Assembly: GCF_006345805.1 (NCBI RefSeq)
Contig: NC_043015.1
Span: 27,590,001 to 27,654,000 of the forward strand
Reading direction: 5' to 3'
Length of the DNA stretch: 64,000 nt
From: Octopus sinensis
Taxonomy: Eukaryota
Both the position numbers and the translations under genes were made by a program. Below, in pieces: positions 13,085-25,416 of this stretch (position 1 is the stretch's first letter; each line of letters opens with the position of its first letter). The notes below the pieces were generated by a model. That model did not search any database. It had not been told where the DNA came from and worked only from the letters and a program-made list of their open reading frames with translations.

Positions 13085-13285
13085 ATCCAAACAAGAAAAC
13101 ACAAAAAAACACAGCAACGCGAGGACGTGGAACAAATAAAGTAGTATTGGACGCTCAGGAAAAAAGAGAAGAAGGAGGGTTTAACGTTTTGAGCGGAGCT
13201 CTTCGTCGGAAACATAGGAGAAGGAAAGATCCCGAGAAGGGAAGACAGAGGAAAAAAATCGCTGGTGGTACTCATGAGGTCACAT
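13080..13285 (-). mobile_element. PLE-type 3' end with decayed hammerhead
   Basis: Minus 13179-13213: GUUU-CCGACGA-A-GAGC-ucc-GCUC-AAAA-CGUU-AAAC, with two core changes; tail ends at (TA)n. Confidence 0.55.
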
Positions 13286-13335
13286 ATATATATATATTTA
13301 AATATATACACACACACAAACACACACACATACAT

Positions 13336-13739
13336 ACTCTTTTACTCTTTTACTTGTTTCAGTCATTTGACTGCCATCATGCTGGAGCACTGCCTTTAGT
13401 CGAGAAAATCAACCCCAGGACTTATTTTTTGTAAGCCTAGTACTTATTCTATCAGTCTCTTTTGCCGAACTGCAAAGTTATGGGGACATAAACACACCAG
13501 TATCGGTTGTCAAGCGATGTTGGGGGGACAAACACAGACACACAAACACACACACACACATATATATACATATATACAATGGGCTTCTTTCAGTTTCCAT
13601 CTACCAAATCCACTCACAAGGCTTTGGTCAGCTTGAGGCTATAGTAGAAGACATTTGTCTGAGGTGCCATGCAGTGGGACTGCACCTTGAACCATGTGGT
13701 TGGTAAGCAAGCTACTTACCACACATCCACTCCTGTGCC
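13336..13739 (-). mobile_element. tRNA-derived SINE, family A
   Basis: Full head-to-tail match to 5288-5707. Confidence 0.75.
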
Positions 13740-13792
13740 TACATACATAAATACATGCATACACACACACATATATATAAATGTATATATGT

Positions 13793-14460
13793 AATCAAGG
13801 ATATAAAACCCTCTTAAAGGGATGTCAGCATCCAAGTTCTCTGGTTTTATCCAGTATATCATTGAAAAACCAAAGATGTTAGCTTCACATTGATGGATAT
13901 GGTTATATTATTGTTTTGTATGAGAAAAAGAAAACGGAGAAATTGAGATATAAACATTAATTTATTAGAACATACTTAATTTTTCAGCACATTACGTTCA
14001 CACATGCACAAATATATTAAACAAATTTGCAATACTTAAGTAATGGTTTTTTAAATACATTGACTGCAAAAATGCTCTTTCTGAGTCTATCAAGGATCTA
14101 CCAACACATTGAAATGTAACTCCTTTCTATCAAACTTTTCCCCTGACAAAATGTTCAGTTAATTATATTCAATAGAAAACCTTAATCTAATTTAATTTAA
14201 TTTCTTAAATTTAATTAACAGGGCATGCAAACTATTGTAAGTGCTAAGAGTTTTTTTTTTGTTGTTGTTTGGAATTAAATATGTTCTAATAAATTGATGT
14301 TTATATCTATTGTTCTGTTTTCTTTTTCTCATACATAAACAATAATATACTCATATCCATCAATGTGAAGCTAGCATCTTTGGCTTTTCACTGATACATT
14401 GGATAAAACTGGGGAACTTGGATGCTGACATCCCTTTAAGAGGGTTTTATATCCTTGATT
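13793..14460. mobile_element. MITE-like element with ~120-bp inverted arms
   Basis: 13793-13912 (aatcaaggatataaaaccctc...) is the near reverse complement of 14341-14460; AT-rich non-coding interior. Confidence 0.7.
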
Positions 14461-14469
14461 TAACTAAAT

Positions 14470-14760
14470 TTAAACAACTATGGAAGTAGATTAATATAAG
14501 TTTCTCTGACAATTGAAAATGAACATGAGTCAGTTAACTTCCTTGATGTTAACCCAAACCTCATTACTGGCAACTATGAATTGTTCCACATGTGTAACTC
14601 TAGTCTTAGATATATAAATTTTGGAAGTAATCATCCCAATCCTATCAAACTTTTTTTAGTTTATAATATTTCTAGAAGAATATCTAATTTATCACCTAGT
14701 AAGGATATTTTAAACAAAAACGCAGACTGTTATAACATGGCGCTCAGTAAATCTTAAAAT
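14470..14760 (+). pseudogene. Penelope-like RT/thumb fragment
   Basis: Manual translation LTIENEHESVNFLDVN...YINFGSNHP...ISRRISNLS matches the PLE FLD...SNHP...ISRRIS pattern. Confidence 0.7.
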
Positions 14761-14769
14761 ATGAGTTTC

Positions 14770-14930
14770 TCTGTAAAGTGGTTGGCATTAGGAAGGGCAT
14801 CCAGCCATAGAAATAAAACCACAACAGAAAATTGGAGTCTGAACAGATCCCCAGCAGGCCACCTCCTGTCAAACTGTCCAACCCATGCCAGCATGGAAAA
14901 TGGATATTAAATGTTGATGATGATGATCCT
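14770..14930 (+). repeat. Short RTE 3' UTR copy
   Basis: gtggttggcattaggaagggcatccagc...cccatgccagcatggaaaatgg...(GAT)n. Confidence 0.7.
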
Positions 14931-14937
14931 CATCATC

Positions 14938-14977
<40 letters not shown>

Positions 14978-15029
14978 TTTGTGTCAAACCTTCCAACCAA
15001 TGCTTGAATGAAGCATGGACAGTACCTGA

Positions 15030-15310
15030 CAATGATAATGATGATAATGTATACACATGTATCATCTGATTGACCAGACTATCAGATGTTGTTATACATT
15101 GCTGGTCACAATGCACTTTGCACTGTTTTAGCTTTCAAATGATGCCACTCCACTGGGTGGGCTGAGCACACCAACATTCCCCTAATGAGAAGGCTAGTCC
15201 AATGCAGGGTTTGCCTATGAATAGTTGAGTGGACTGGAGCAACATGAAAAGAAGTGTTTTGCTTAAGAACACTGTGCCATTCAGTTCAGGAATGGAACCC
15301 ATGAACTTTA
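15030..15310 (-). mobile_element. tRNA-derived SINE, family B, degenerate
   Basis: Reverse complement contains ttcatgttgctccagtccactcaac, the core shared with 47247-47568. Confidence 0.55.
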
Positions 15311-15364
15311 GAACACACACATGCACGCATGCACACACACACACACACACACCACACACACACA

Positions 15365-15960
15365 CAGGGTACCTGGGCTATATTTGAAAGTTTGCATGAA
15401 AAGAAAAGAAAGCACAATATCCCGTACAAAATAGATATGTTTTAAAAATTCAAAAATGCCAACTAGATTATGGTTGGAAGATAACAGTTTACTAAAAGTA
15501 GCTACCCTCAGCTTCTAACATGACCACAAGGCAGCTCTGGAACCTGGTACATGCATTCCTCATTGTGTCCCTAGGAAGATCTTTGAACACCTCTTTGATC
15601 TTGACTACCAGCTCAGCCTTAGTGTTGCAGGCAGAGTGGTTGGTGTTTTTCTCAATTGCTCCTGCCCTAAATATAGTAATCCATGAAATTACAATCGAGG
15701 GAATTAGATGGTCAGAAACTGACTCTTTCCAGCAGTATAGCAAAGGTTTGAATCCATATTGCCTTCCAGAAACAACCCTCTACAGCCAGTGATTGACTAC
15801 AGTCACTAGCAGCTTCACATAGCCATCTGAATGGAGTTGAAGGCCATTTTCAAAGTTGTGGAGATTAATTCTAGTGTATGGACATAGTCAGAATGCCTGC
15901 TATGTTCCTTCTTACTGGCTACAGTTTCATAATCTCCACTGCAACTGTCCAGTGTCATGT
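15365..15960 (-). mobile_element. Tc1/mariner-superfamily (maT/DD37D-like) 3' fragment
   Basis: PSNSLDCNFMDYY-like catalytic motif and AIEKNTNHSACNTKAELVVKIKEVF...EAEGSYF C-terminus; ends at cagggt next to (CA)n. Confidence 0.6.
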
Positions 15961-16855
15961 CTTACAGCCTTTGTGGTGTCCACAGAGCATTGAGCAACTT
16001 TAATCTTTATGCTCTCCGATGTTGTTTACTGTTCACCAATACATAAGTTGATCTTGAATAAAGGGACATAAAATATATAAGATATATATATATATATGTG
16101 TATGTAAATGTAAATAATTGTCTCAGAACATGCTCCCCTCTATTCTCCTTATACCTCTCTCCCTATCTCTGCAGGCTTCTTCCTTCTCCACTACTCTACC
16201 CCCATTCTGTGCTTCATTTCTTGCATCTTCCTTTAGTTTTCTGTAGTCTCAACCATCCCCAATTGATCTAAGATCTGCTTAATGACATACCCTGTCACCA
16301 ATGGTGCTTCCTTTTAGAATACTGACCTATTTAACCCCCTTCCCTACTCCCTCTAACTCACCACTTCTACTTCTATTCACTCCCCACCCCAATTGCTCAC
16401 TTCCCTTACCTCCCCACCTTGTATTTTTATCACTTCTTACTCTTCCTTTACTTCTTCATTCCCACCCTTAAGCTGCTTGCATCCTCCCTCTCCTTGCCTT
16501 TTACTCTGCTCTTCCTCGTCTCCCATTCTATATTTAAATCACTTGCACTGTAATGTAAACTGCTATTTGCCAGTTTTTCTCCTGATGAAGGAAGCCAGTA
16601 TTAATGTCTCTTTGCAACCATCTACAGGCTGTATATCCATGAAATTTTGCACATTCTATCTGCTTATTACAAAAATTAGGACTATTACATAATTCCAAGC
16701 TCCTGCAAACAGCTGTCAAATTAAAAAAAAATTATGCATTCTACCCTTAGTTTTCTGTATATTTTATACTCTATCTAAAAGTAAATTTATTTATCAATAT
16801 ATATATATGAATATCTATAAATATGTACATGTGTTTATCTTCTGAATATATTTAG

Positions 16856-16998
<143 letters not shown>

Positions 16999-17019
16999 CT
17001 TATGATCAATGATCTAGGG

Positions 17020-19783
17020 CAGGGGTCTCCAAAGTTTTCCAGCGGAGGGCCACATTGCTGAATTTTTAAAGCTACGGGGGCCAAGGTTCTAAATTATTTA
17101 TTTTACCAAAATAATATAAATAAATAGTGAATTAATAATTAAAAAAGGTTATTTATTCAGTACATAATCACAATGTATATAATATCAGTAACAATTAATG
17201 TTTTTTTTAACTTTGATCAATAGGGGAAACATGAAATTGTTTCATTTCTGACAAAATTTTGTCCAACTGAGGTTCAAAATGAGTGGTTCCAATAACAAGC
17301 AATGCATTTAAATGTTCATCAGACAATTGTGATCTGTAGCAGGATTTTGTGTTTTCATCTTTGAAAAAGTCTTCTCACACAAATATGTGGTGCCAAAAAC
17401 TGAAATGAATTCACAGGCAAACCTCCTTAAATGAAGAAATTGGTCGGATGGAAGGCATTTGTAGAATTCAATCAAATTTCCCTCTTTATATTTGTCCTTC
17501 AGGATGTCATTGGATTGCAAATCAATAACTTCCATTTGTAACTCAGAAGGTAAGTCTCCAATAACAGAGTTAAATGGATTTTCAAAAATTCTTAGTTTTG
17601 AAGAACATGCATCAAGATCAGAAAAACGTTCTTCAAACTGTTGTTTCAAAGCTAAAATGACATCTTGAGCAAACAAGTTTGGAAATGGAGTGGCAGCTTC
17701 CTGTCTATATTTGTCACATCGTGAAAAATGAGTAAAGCAGCTTCTTGTTAACTGACTTTCACCTTGTATCCGTAGGTTGAAATCATTGAGATGCATAGTT
17801 AAATCGGCTGAAAATGCTAATTTCCAGAGCCATTCACTGTCTTTGAGCAACACCTGTGAATGGTTTTTCTCATTTAAAAATATTTCAATTTCAGTTCGAA
17901 GCTCAAAAAATCTAGCCAGAATTTTTCCATAGCTAAGCCATCTTACTGAAGTATAGTAAGGTAGGTCTGGAAACTCAGCATTCATTTCCTCCAAGAAATC
18001 ACGAAATTGGCGATGTTTGAGTCCATGAGATCTTATGTAGTTAACAGTGGAAATCACAGGATCTAATACAGATGATAAATCAAGATGCTTTCCACACAGT
18101 GCTTGCTGATGAAGAATACAATGCAATACCAAAGGTTTCAATCCACCGGAATTCTCAATTACTTTGTTAATTTGCCCAACTAAGCCCTTTTTGGTTCCAC
18201 ACATATTTCTGCCACCATCTGTTGTTATGCATTTTAGTTTTTTCCATTCCAAATTATACTCAGCCACTGACTTTTCCACTTCTCTAAAAATATCTATGCC
18301 TGTTGTTGTTCCATGCATGCTGTGCACAGACAAGTTCCTCAGTAATCTCAAAATTGGCATTTATTCCTCTGATGAACAATAACAATTGGGATGTGTCTGA
18401 TACATCAATTGACTCATCAAGTGCAACAGAAAAGCATACAAACTTGCTGGCTTTGTCTTTTAGCTGTGATTTAATATTTCTTTCAATATGTTCAACCCTA
18501 CGAGCAACAGTGTTCGCAGAAAGACTAATTGCGGAAAATAAATCTACGTTTTCTGGACACATTTCCTTAGCTACCTCATTCAAGCACTTTTTAATAAGTT
18601 CACCATCTGTAAATGGCTTACCTTTCTTCGCCAAAAGGTTAGCAACATGGAAGCTTGCTCTTGTTGCTCTCTCTTTTTCTACAGCCTTCTTCTTGAAAAC
18701 AAACTGCATTGATGATAAATTCTTCTTTAATTTGTCAAATTTCTCTTTACGTAGCTGTCCAATGAATTGGTAGTACTGTGATGAATGCTTTTTTTCATAA
18801 TGTCTCCGAATGTTGTACTCTTTGTTGTACTCTTTTAGTGCCTTGTTGTTTGACTCTATGACAAAATAGTCTATGTTCCATTGTTCCTTAAAAACTCTAC
18901 ACTCAGAGTCGATTTTTCGTTTTCTTCCTTGAGCTAACATTTTTACCATGGGTCGACAGATTTTGCTCGACGATATATGTAAAAGGACGAAACAAGTAAA
19001 AACAATATTCACAGGTCACTCGATACGTGCATTCACTTCGGCAGCGACGACGACAAATGACTCACACTTGTGCACAACGAAAACGCCAAGTCTGTGCTGA
19101 CTGACGGAATGCGCATCGAACTTTACTCCATGCTGATTGGCGACTGCACCAGGATTAGAAACCACCACACAACGTCAGGCTCAACCCTCTCTATTCATCG
19201 CTCGTGAGATGTAGGTAACATCGATAAATCGATATTTGTCTTCTTTTATTATACTAGGCACGGGACTTTTATTAACGTCATACTTGTCGTATCTGCTCTC
19301 TCGACAGTTGACGGAATAGGTTGACTTTTCTGCGACATCAATAAAGCTAGAATTGAATCTCTGCTTCATTGTAAGCAGCACCATCCATCTCACTGACAAT
19401 CGCCTATTATCTAAGATGAATGATAGGTAGCTCCATAGCGAAGTTAATTCATTTTATGGTGGTTCTGATGGGTCAGTTAAAACGGGGGGAGTGGAAAAGA
19501 ACCTATATTTACACTAAAGTTTAGTGTATAAATTTTTAATTCGCCGGCGCAATTTAAAGACATTAATTGATGGCAAATCAATTAGCGTCGTCTTGCGTCT
19601 ATTTGCTGTACTATATTTGTCAAACGTATTAAAAGGGGTGTAAAGCATATTTGTTTTTGTATGATTTCGGCAAGGCTTGTTTTTCGACATTTGTTTTATA
19701 ATTTTGGAGGACAGCTCGGCGGGCCGGATTAAAAACCTTGGCGGGCCGAATCCGGCCCGCGGGCCGTACTTTGGAGACCCCTG
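17020..19783 (-). mobile_element. hAT transposon, Buster/SPIN-like (GTF2IRD2/EPM2AIP1-type transposase)
   Basis: Perfect 15-bp TIR CAGGGGTCTCCAAAG; perfect 8-bp TSD ATCTAGGG (17012-17019, 19784-19791) with central TA; 2764 bp. Confidence 0.96.
17290..18950 (-). pseudogene. hAT transposase, frameshifted and internally deleted
   Basis: KRKIDSECRVFKEQW, ALDESIDVSD, ITTDGG, HCILHQQALC, VRWLS and TYLCEKTFS motifs split between ORFs 18284-19012 and 17308-18360. Confidence 0.93.
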
Positions 19784-20647
19784 ATCTAGGGCATATCAAT
19801 ACTGAGCATCTTGACCACACATATACATACATACACATGTATGCACATATACATCCACACACACACCGATCACACACATACATATAGACACATACATATA
19901 CATACACACATGTACATCATGCATACACACACATATATACATGCATATACACATGCACATACATGTACACACATATACACACATAGGAACACACATTTAC
20001 TTCCACACAAAACTCCACGCATACACACATGTGCACATACACACATGCACACACACATGCATGCATGTATACACGTACATCACACACACAACACACACAT
20101 ACACACACACACACATACGTTCATATACATACACTTCCACACTCACTCACATGCATGCACACATCCCCATACGAACATACACACACTTCCACACTCACTC
20201 ACATGCACATACATACACACATATCCCCACATGAACACACACACTTATACAGAGTGATAGAGAGAGAGGGAGAGACAGAGTGACACATAGAGTGGGACAC
20301 GCACACACATACACACATTCCCACTCCCTCTATGTACACATACCAACACATGCACGCACACACACACATCCACACTCACCCATTCATACACCCTTCAGAC
20401 TGCCTCTGAAACACCCTTCTACCACCCGACTACTACTGACCATCCCATCTACCCACATGTACAAAAACACACAACCACAGAGAAACACATACACCTGTTA
20501 CCATAGCTACTGACCACTCAGTACCGCATTAACACACACACACACAAATCACTCACACACACACATGTAAACAGTTAATACCACACACACGTACATACAC
20601 ACACACATACCACTACCACCATGCATGCACACACATACCACTACCAT

Positions 20648-23600
20648 GATGGCCGTCCACTCGTGACCGAGGAAGACCATTGCCGACCTTCAGGAACATT
20701 GTGCGCTCTAGGACTAACTTATATTTTGCATTTGCGGCTCCGTTGGTAGCTAATGAGCCCTGCTCTTGACAAGCATACACGACTGCAAACATTGCAGACC
20801 AAGCTTACCCCATTCACTATACGAGCCGTGCGCTTTCACGCAGCTCGCTTAAGTTCTTCATGCTGGATACATGCTCTCTCAAAAGTGTCGGTCCCCTCCT
20901 TAACCTGCCTCCTCCATCTGTGGTGATGACAGGCATTGTTCTCCCAGTCAGTGTCCTGTATATCAAAGGCCTTTAACGAGGACTTGACACAGTCCTTAAA
21001 TCGCAGCCTTGGTTTCTGCCGGAGTCTCCTACCATTTACAAGTTCTCCATAGAGCATCTGCTTAGGAATCCTTCTATCCTCCATTCTAATAAGGTGTCCA
21101 GTCCAACGCAACCGGTGCTTGTGTACCATCGCCTCAATACTCAAGATATCAGCTGTCCTCAGGATCTGTGTGTCTGGAACTTTTGAAGTCCAGCCAACAT
21201 TGAGAATGTGTCTGAGACATCTCTGATGAAAACGTTCAAGGACCCTGACCTGACGTTTGTACAGAGTCCATGTCTCACATGAGTAGAGAAGCGACGTCAG
21301 TACACAAGCATGGTACACAGCAACTTTTGTTCTCCTTGCGATGCCATGTTGGGACCAGACACGAGACTGAAGAGACCGGAAGGAATTAGTTGCTCTCTGC
21401 AACCTGAAAGATATTTCCTCATCCAGGGAGCAAGAACGGCTGAGTGTGCTGCCCAGGTAGACAAACTTGTCTACTACCTTCAGAATCGTTCCTTCAACCA
21501 AGATAGCTGGTTCTATATATGGATTTCCTGGTGCAGGCTGGAACATTACAACAGTCTTGTCCAGGCTAATGCTGAGTCCAAATGCCCTGCAAGAAGCAGA
21601 AATGCAATTCATGAGTATTTGCATGTCATCCACTGTATGAGTGACTAAGTCACAGTCATCTGCATAAAGGAGGTCATGAATAATAGACTGGGAAACCTTT
21701 GAATTGGCAGCAAATCGGCGGAGATTAAAGAGGCGGCCAGAAGATCGATATCTGACATATATTCCCAGAGAGCTAACCTTAGCAAAAGCATGAGTAAAAG
21801 TAGCAGCAAAGTACAAAGAAAAGAGAGTTGGGGCAAGGATGTCACCCTGCTTAACACCATTCTCTACAGGAATGGGTCCTGCCATGGCACCACCAACATT
21901 GACCCAAGCCTCCATCCCATCATGAAATGATTTAATTATTGATACAAAGTGATCAGGACATCCAAGTTTGCCAAGTATTTTCCATAGAAAGGCCCTATTT
22001 ACAGTATCAAAGACCTTAGTTAAATCAATGAATACCTAGACAAGATCCATATTCTACTCATAGCACTTCTCCTGCATCTGTCTTGCTGTGAAAATCATAT
22101 CCATTGTCCCTCTACCAGATCGGAAGCCACATTGAGATTCAGATAGGACATCATTTACGAGACACCCATTCAGATGGGTAAGAAGAATATTTGCCAGAAC
22201 CTTGCCAGCAGCTGATAGTAGAGCAATACCTCTGTAGTTACCACACATTGTTCTGGCTCCTTTTCCTTTATACAGAGGAAGAATAATTGCATCCTTCCAG
22301 TCCTTAGGGATTGCACCATCCCTCCAGACTGCACTAATAAGTTCATGAAGGGACTGTGTGATGCAATTACCACCAAATCGCAAGACCTCAGCACAAATTC
22401 CATCCTTTCCAGGTGCCCTACCAAGATTCAATTTACTTATTGATGTCATTACTTCATGTATTGATGGTGAGGAGTCTAAGAAGTCAATGATAGGTCTTTA
22501 TTTCATAGTATCAATCACTGTTTCATCCACAACTGACTCATGGTTTAGGAGTTCAGAGAAGTGTTCGATCCAGCGACCTGTGATTTCTGTTGATTTAGTA
22601 AACATAGTGGAAGACTCCTTGGAAAGCAAAGGAGCTGATGTGGAGCTCTTAGGTCCATAAGCTCGCTGTCATTTGCGTCAGCAGCAGCCTGAACATCACG
22701 AGCAAGATCCTCCCACCAAGTGTTCTGCATTTTCCTGAGAGATCGCTGCAGTATTGATTTTACATTGTTATAGTGGGCAAGTGCTAGACTTCGCTGCACA
22801 GTACACAGTTTTCTGTGCAGCAACACACTGTGGGCATGGCGCTTCACCACTAATAGTCGTTGAATTTCAGCATCATTCTCATCAAACCAGTCTCTGTGTC
22901 TGGCAGTAACATACCCCAGTGTTTCGGCTGCACATTGAACAACCTGATCTCAAAACTCTTCCCATCCTGCAGCAGTTTCAATGCTGGACAAGCGAGTCTG
23001 AAGCTCTTTCCTAACCACAACGTCATATACCTTGTGGACATTTAGACGGCGAGGAATGCTGACTGGTCCTCTTCTCTCTTTCGCCCAAATCACCATTCGG
23101 AACTTTGCTTGCACCAGACTGTGGTCTGTCCAGCATTCTGATCCATGCAAGAACTTGACATTACAAATGTCATAAATATCGCGCTTGCGGATGATGACGT
23201 AATCCAGCAAGTGCCAAACTTTGGACCTTGGATGCATCCATATTGTTGTGTAATCACCTTTGTGCACAAAATGAGTACTTGCAATGTAAAGTCCATGTTT
23301 TTCGCAAGGCTCCAGTAGCATGAGACCATTGCTATTCATTTTCCCTACTCCAAAACGTCCTAGAGAGTTCCATGTTTGCCAGTCTGTTCCTACTCTGGCA
23401 TTAAATTCCCCCAGTAGAATGACTTTATCAGAATTGGGGATTTTTCTAAGTATGGCTCTCAGCTGGGTATAAAAGATTATTTTATCTTCATCACAGCTAG
23501 TCAAAGTAGGTGCATAGGCACTTATTAGAGTAGCAAACTGCTTACCTTTCAAGTGCAACCGTAGGGTCATTATACGTTCATTTATAGGAACAGGGAGCTC

Positions 23601-24849
23601 TTCCAACTTCTTCAGGATATCAGATCGGACTGCAAAACCAACACCAGCCTCTCTGCGCTCCTCCTTCTGCCTTCCTTTCCAAAAAAAGGTGTATCCGCCT
23701 CCTACTTCCTCAAGCTGACCATCACCTTCTATACGAGTCTCTGAGAGTGCAGCTATATCAATTTTATAACGGTTCAGCTCAGGAGCAACAAGTGCAGTGC
23801 GTCTTTCAGGCCTGCAATCACTCTTGTTGTCCAACAGAGTACACACATTCCAACATGAAATGTTTAAGTTCCGTCCAGATTTTATAGATAAAAGACTCTT
23901 TGTTTTTCAAGCGCAGGGTGGACATCCGTCAGTCGCTCTAAGCTGACCAGATATGGAAAGACAGGCAATTTTTGGTTGACCTTTTCTAGAACCTCCCCGG
24001 TCTCCAGGTGAGCAGTGCCCTCTCCAAATGGAGCTGCTCAGACACCCATGCAGCAAACGAATCCTACCGCTGTCTTGGGCGACAAGGAGACGACTTTATA
24101 TCTAGCATGGGCCACCTACGTGCAGGTCGCTGACTACATGCTTCCAACCTATCAGGTCTGCATGCTTCACCACTTTCCCATCACCGCAGGACTTCCGAAT
24201 AAAAAACCAAAAAAATAAATAAATAAATAAAAATAAAAAATATATATATATATACTAAAAATGAAGAAAATATATACTAAAAATAAGATAGATATATATA
24301 TATATGAAAAAAAAAAAAGGTCGGGAATGCCTGTGCAGAGTTTTAGGTCCAATAAGGCTTGCACAACACCTCATAGACCCTCTCCACTCTATTGACACTA
24401 TCCAGAGACAAGCCGGAGCAAGATGTCTGGTGCCAATATGAGTCGCAGGCTCAGGGATGTGGGAGCGCCGTGATCTCTAGCACAAACCAAAGATCCCCAA
24501 AATGTTCAATGCCATTCCCTGCATATCTGGTTTTATATCAGAGTGACCTTCTCCTAGAGACGTGCTTTAACAAAAGCTGAGGGGCGCCTCACTCCCAGTG
24601 GTCTTTCAGCATGCTGGACACCACCCCGGAATTTCTATGTACCCGTGCTAACATTTATTGGATGACCGTTGACTCTCAAGAGGTCCTCCACCCTTTGACG
24701 GGTTTTGTTTTTCATCCCGCAGGGTATCCAATAAACACCCTCCTCACGAAGCAAGCTTAGTGGTGTTGCCGGTTTAGTCGCCGACGACCCGACCATGCAA
24801 CAGGTTGTACTGGGTTACATGTTACCAGTAGCACTCGAAGGTGACCTGA
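20648..24849 (-). mobile_element. Near full-length RTE-BovB-like LINE including a long 5' UTR
   Basis: APE (RPERRTALVA...LSETR...SAYAPT...SDH-like TDH), RT (NYRGIALLS, QCGFR, GVKQGDILAPTLF, LLYADD, VYLGS) and C-terminal CxxC. Probable TSD CCACTACCAT (20638-20647) / CTACTACCAT (24850-24859). Confidence 0.9.
20720..23850 (-). pseudogene. RTE APE-RT ORF broken by frameshifts and stops
   Basis: ORFs 22950-23846, 22545-22850, 22054-22449 and 20836-21915 are collinear pieces of one protein. Confidence 0.92.
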
Positions 24850-25253
24850 CTACTACCATACACACATGCGCTCATGCACACACACACACCCATACACACA
24901 GTTACCATCCTGTCTTCACATCTTCCTGTTTCAGAACACTTTCTCTTTGTCCATCTACTTCCAGTGTGGTTACAAAAATGTGGACTGCTGGCAATTTTTT
25001 ACCAATGTTTTCCTTTTCTCTTGGACTTTCCTCTGTCTTTTGTTTCAGAACAAGAGCTTTGCTCAAAACATAATACACCCTTTCTTTCCTGTTCTGAGCG
25101 TCTTATTAATATTTTGCATGTACCACATCCTTGCATTGTTGTTTAGAGAAAAAAGAACATCATCATCATCAAACGATGATGATGTCCTTTTTTCTCTGTT
25201 TTTTTAAAACTCTGTGTGTGTGTATGTGTGTGTCTATATCTATATCTATCTCA

Positions 25254-25297
<44 letters not shown>

Positions 25298-25416
25298 TAC
25301 GTGTATGCATGCGTGTGTGTATGTGCACATGTGTGTATGCGTGGAGTTTTGTGTGGAAGTAAATGTGTGTTCCTATGTGTGTGTGTATGTGTGTGTACAT
25401 GTATGTATCTATATCT

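Noticed and set aside
24700-24849. Possible HDV-like ribozyme at the RTE 5' end (P4-like CGGG...CCCG followed by UCAAA)
   Set aside because: The P1/P2/P3 order could not be made canonical by eye; left as a screening suggestion only.
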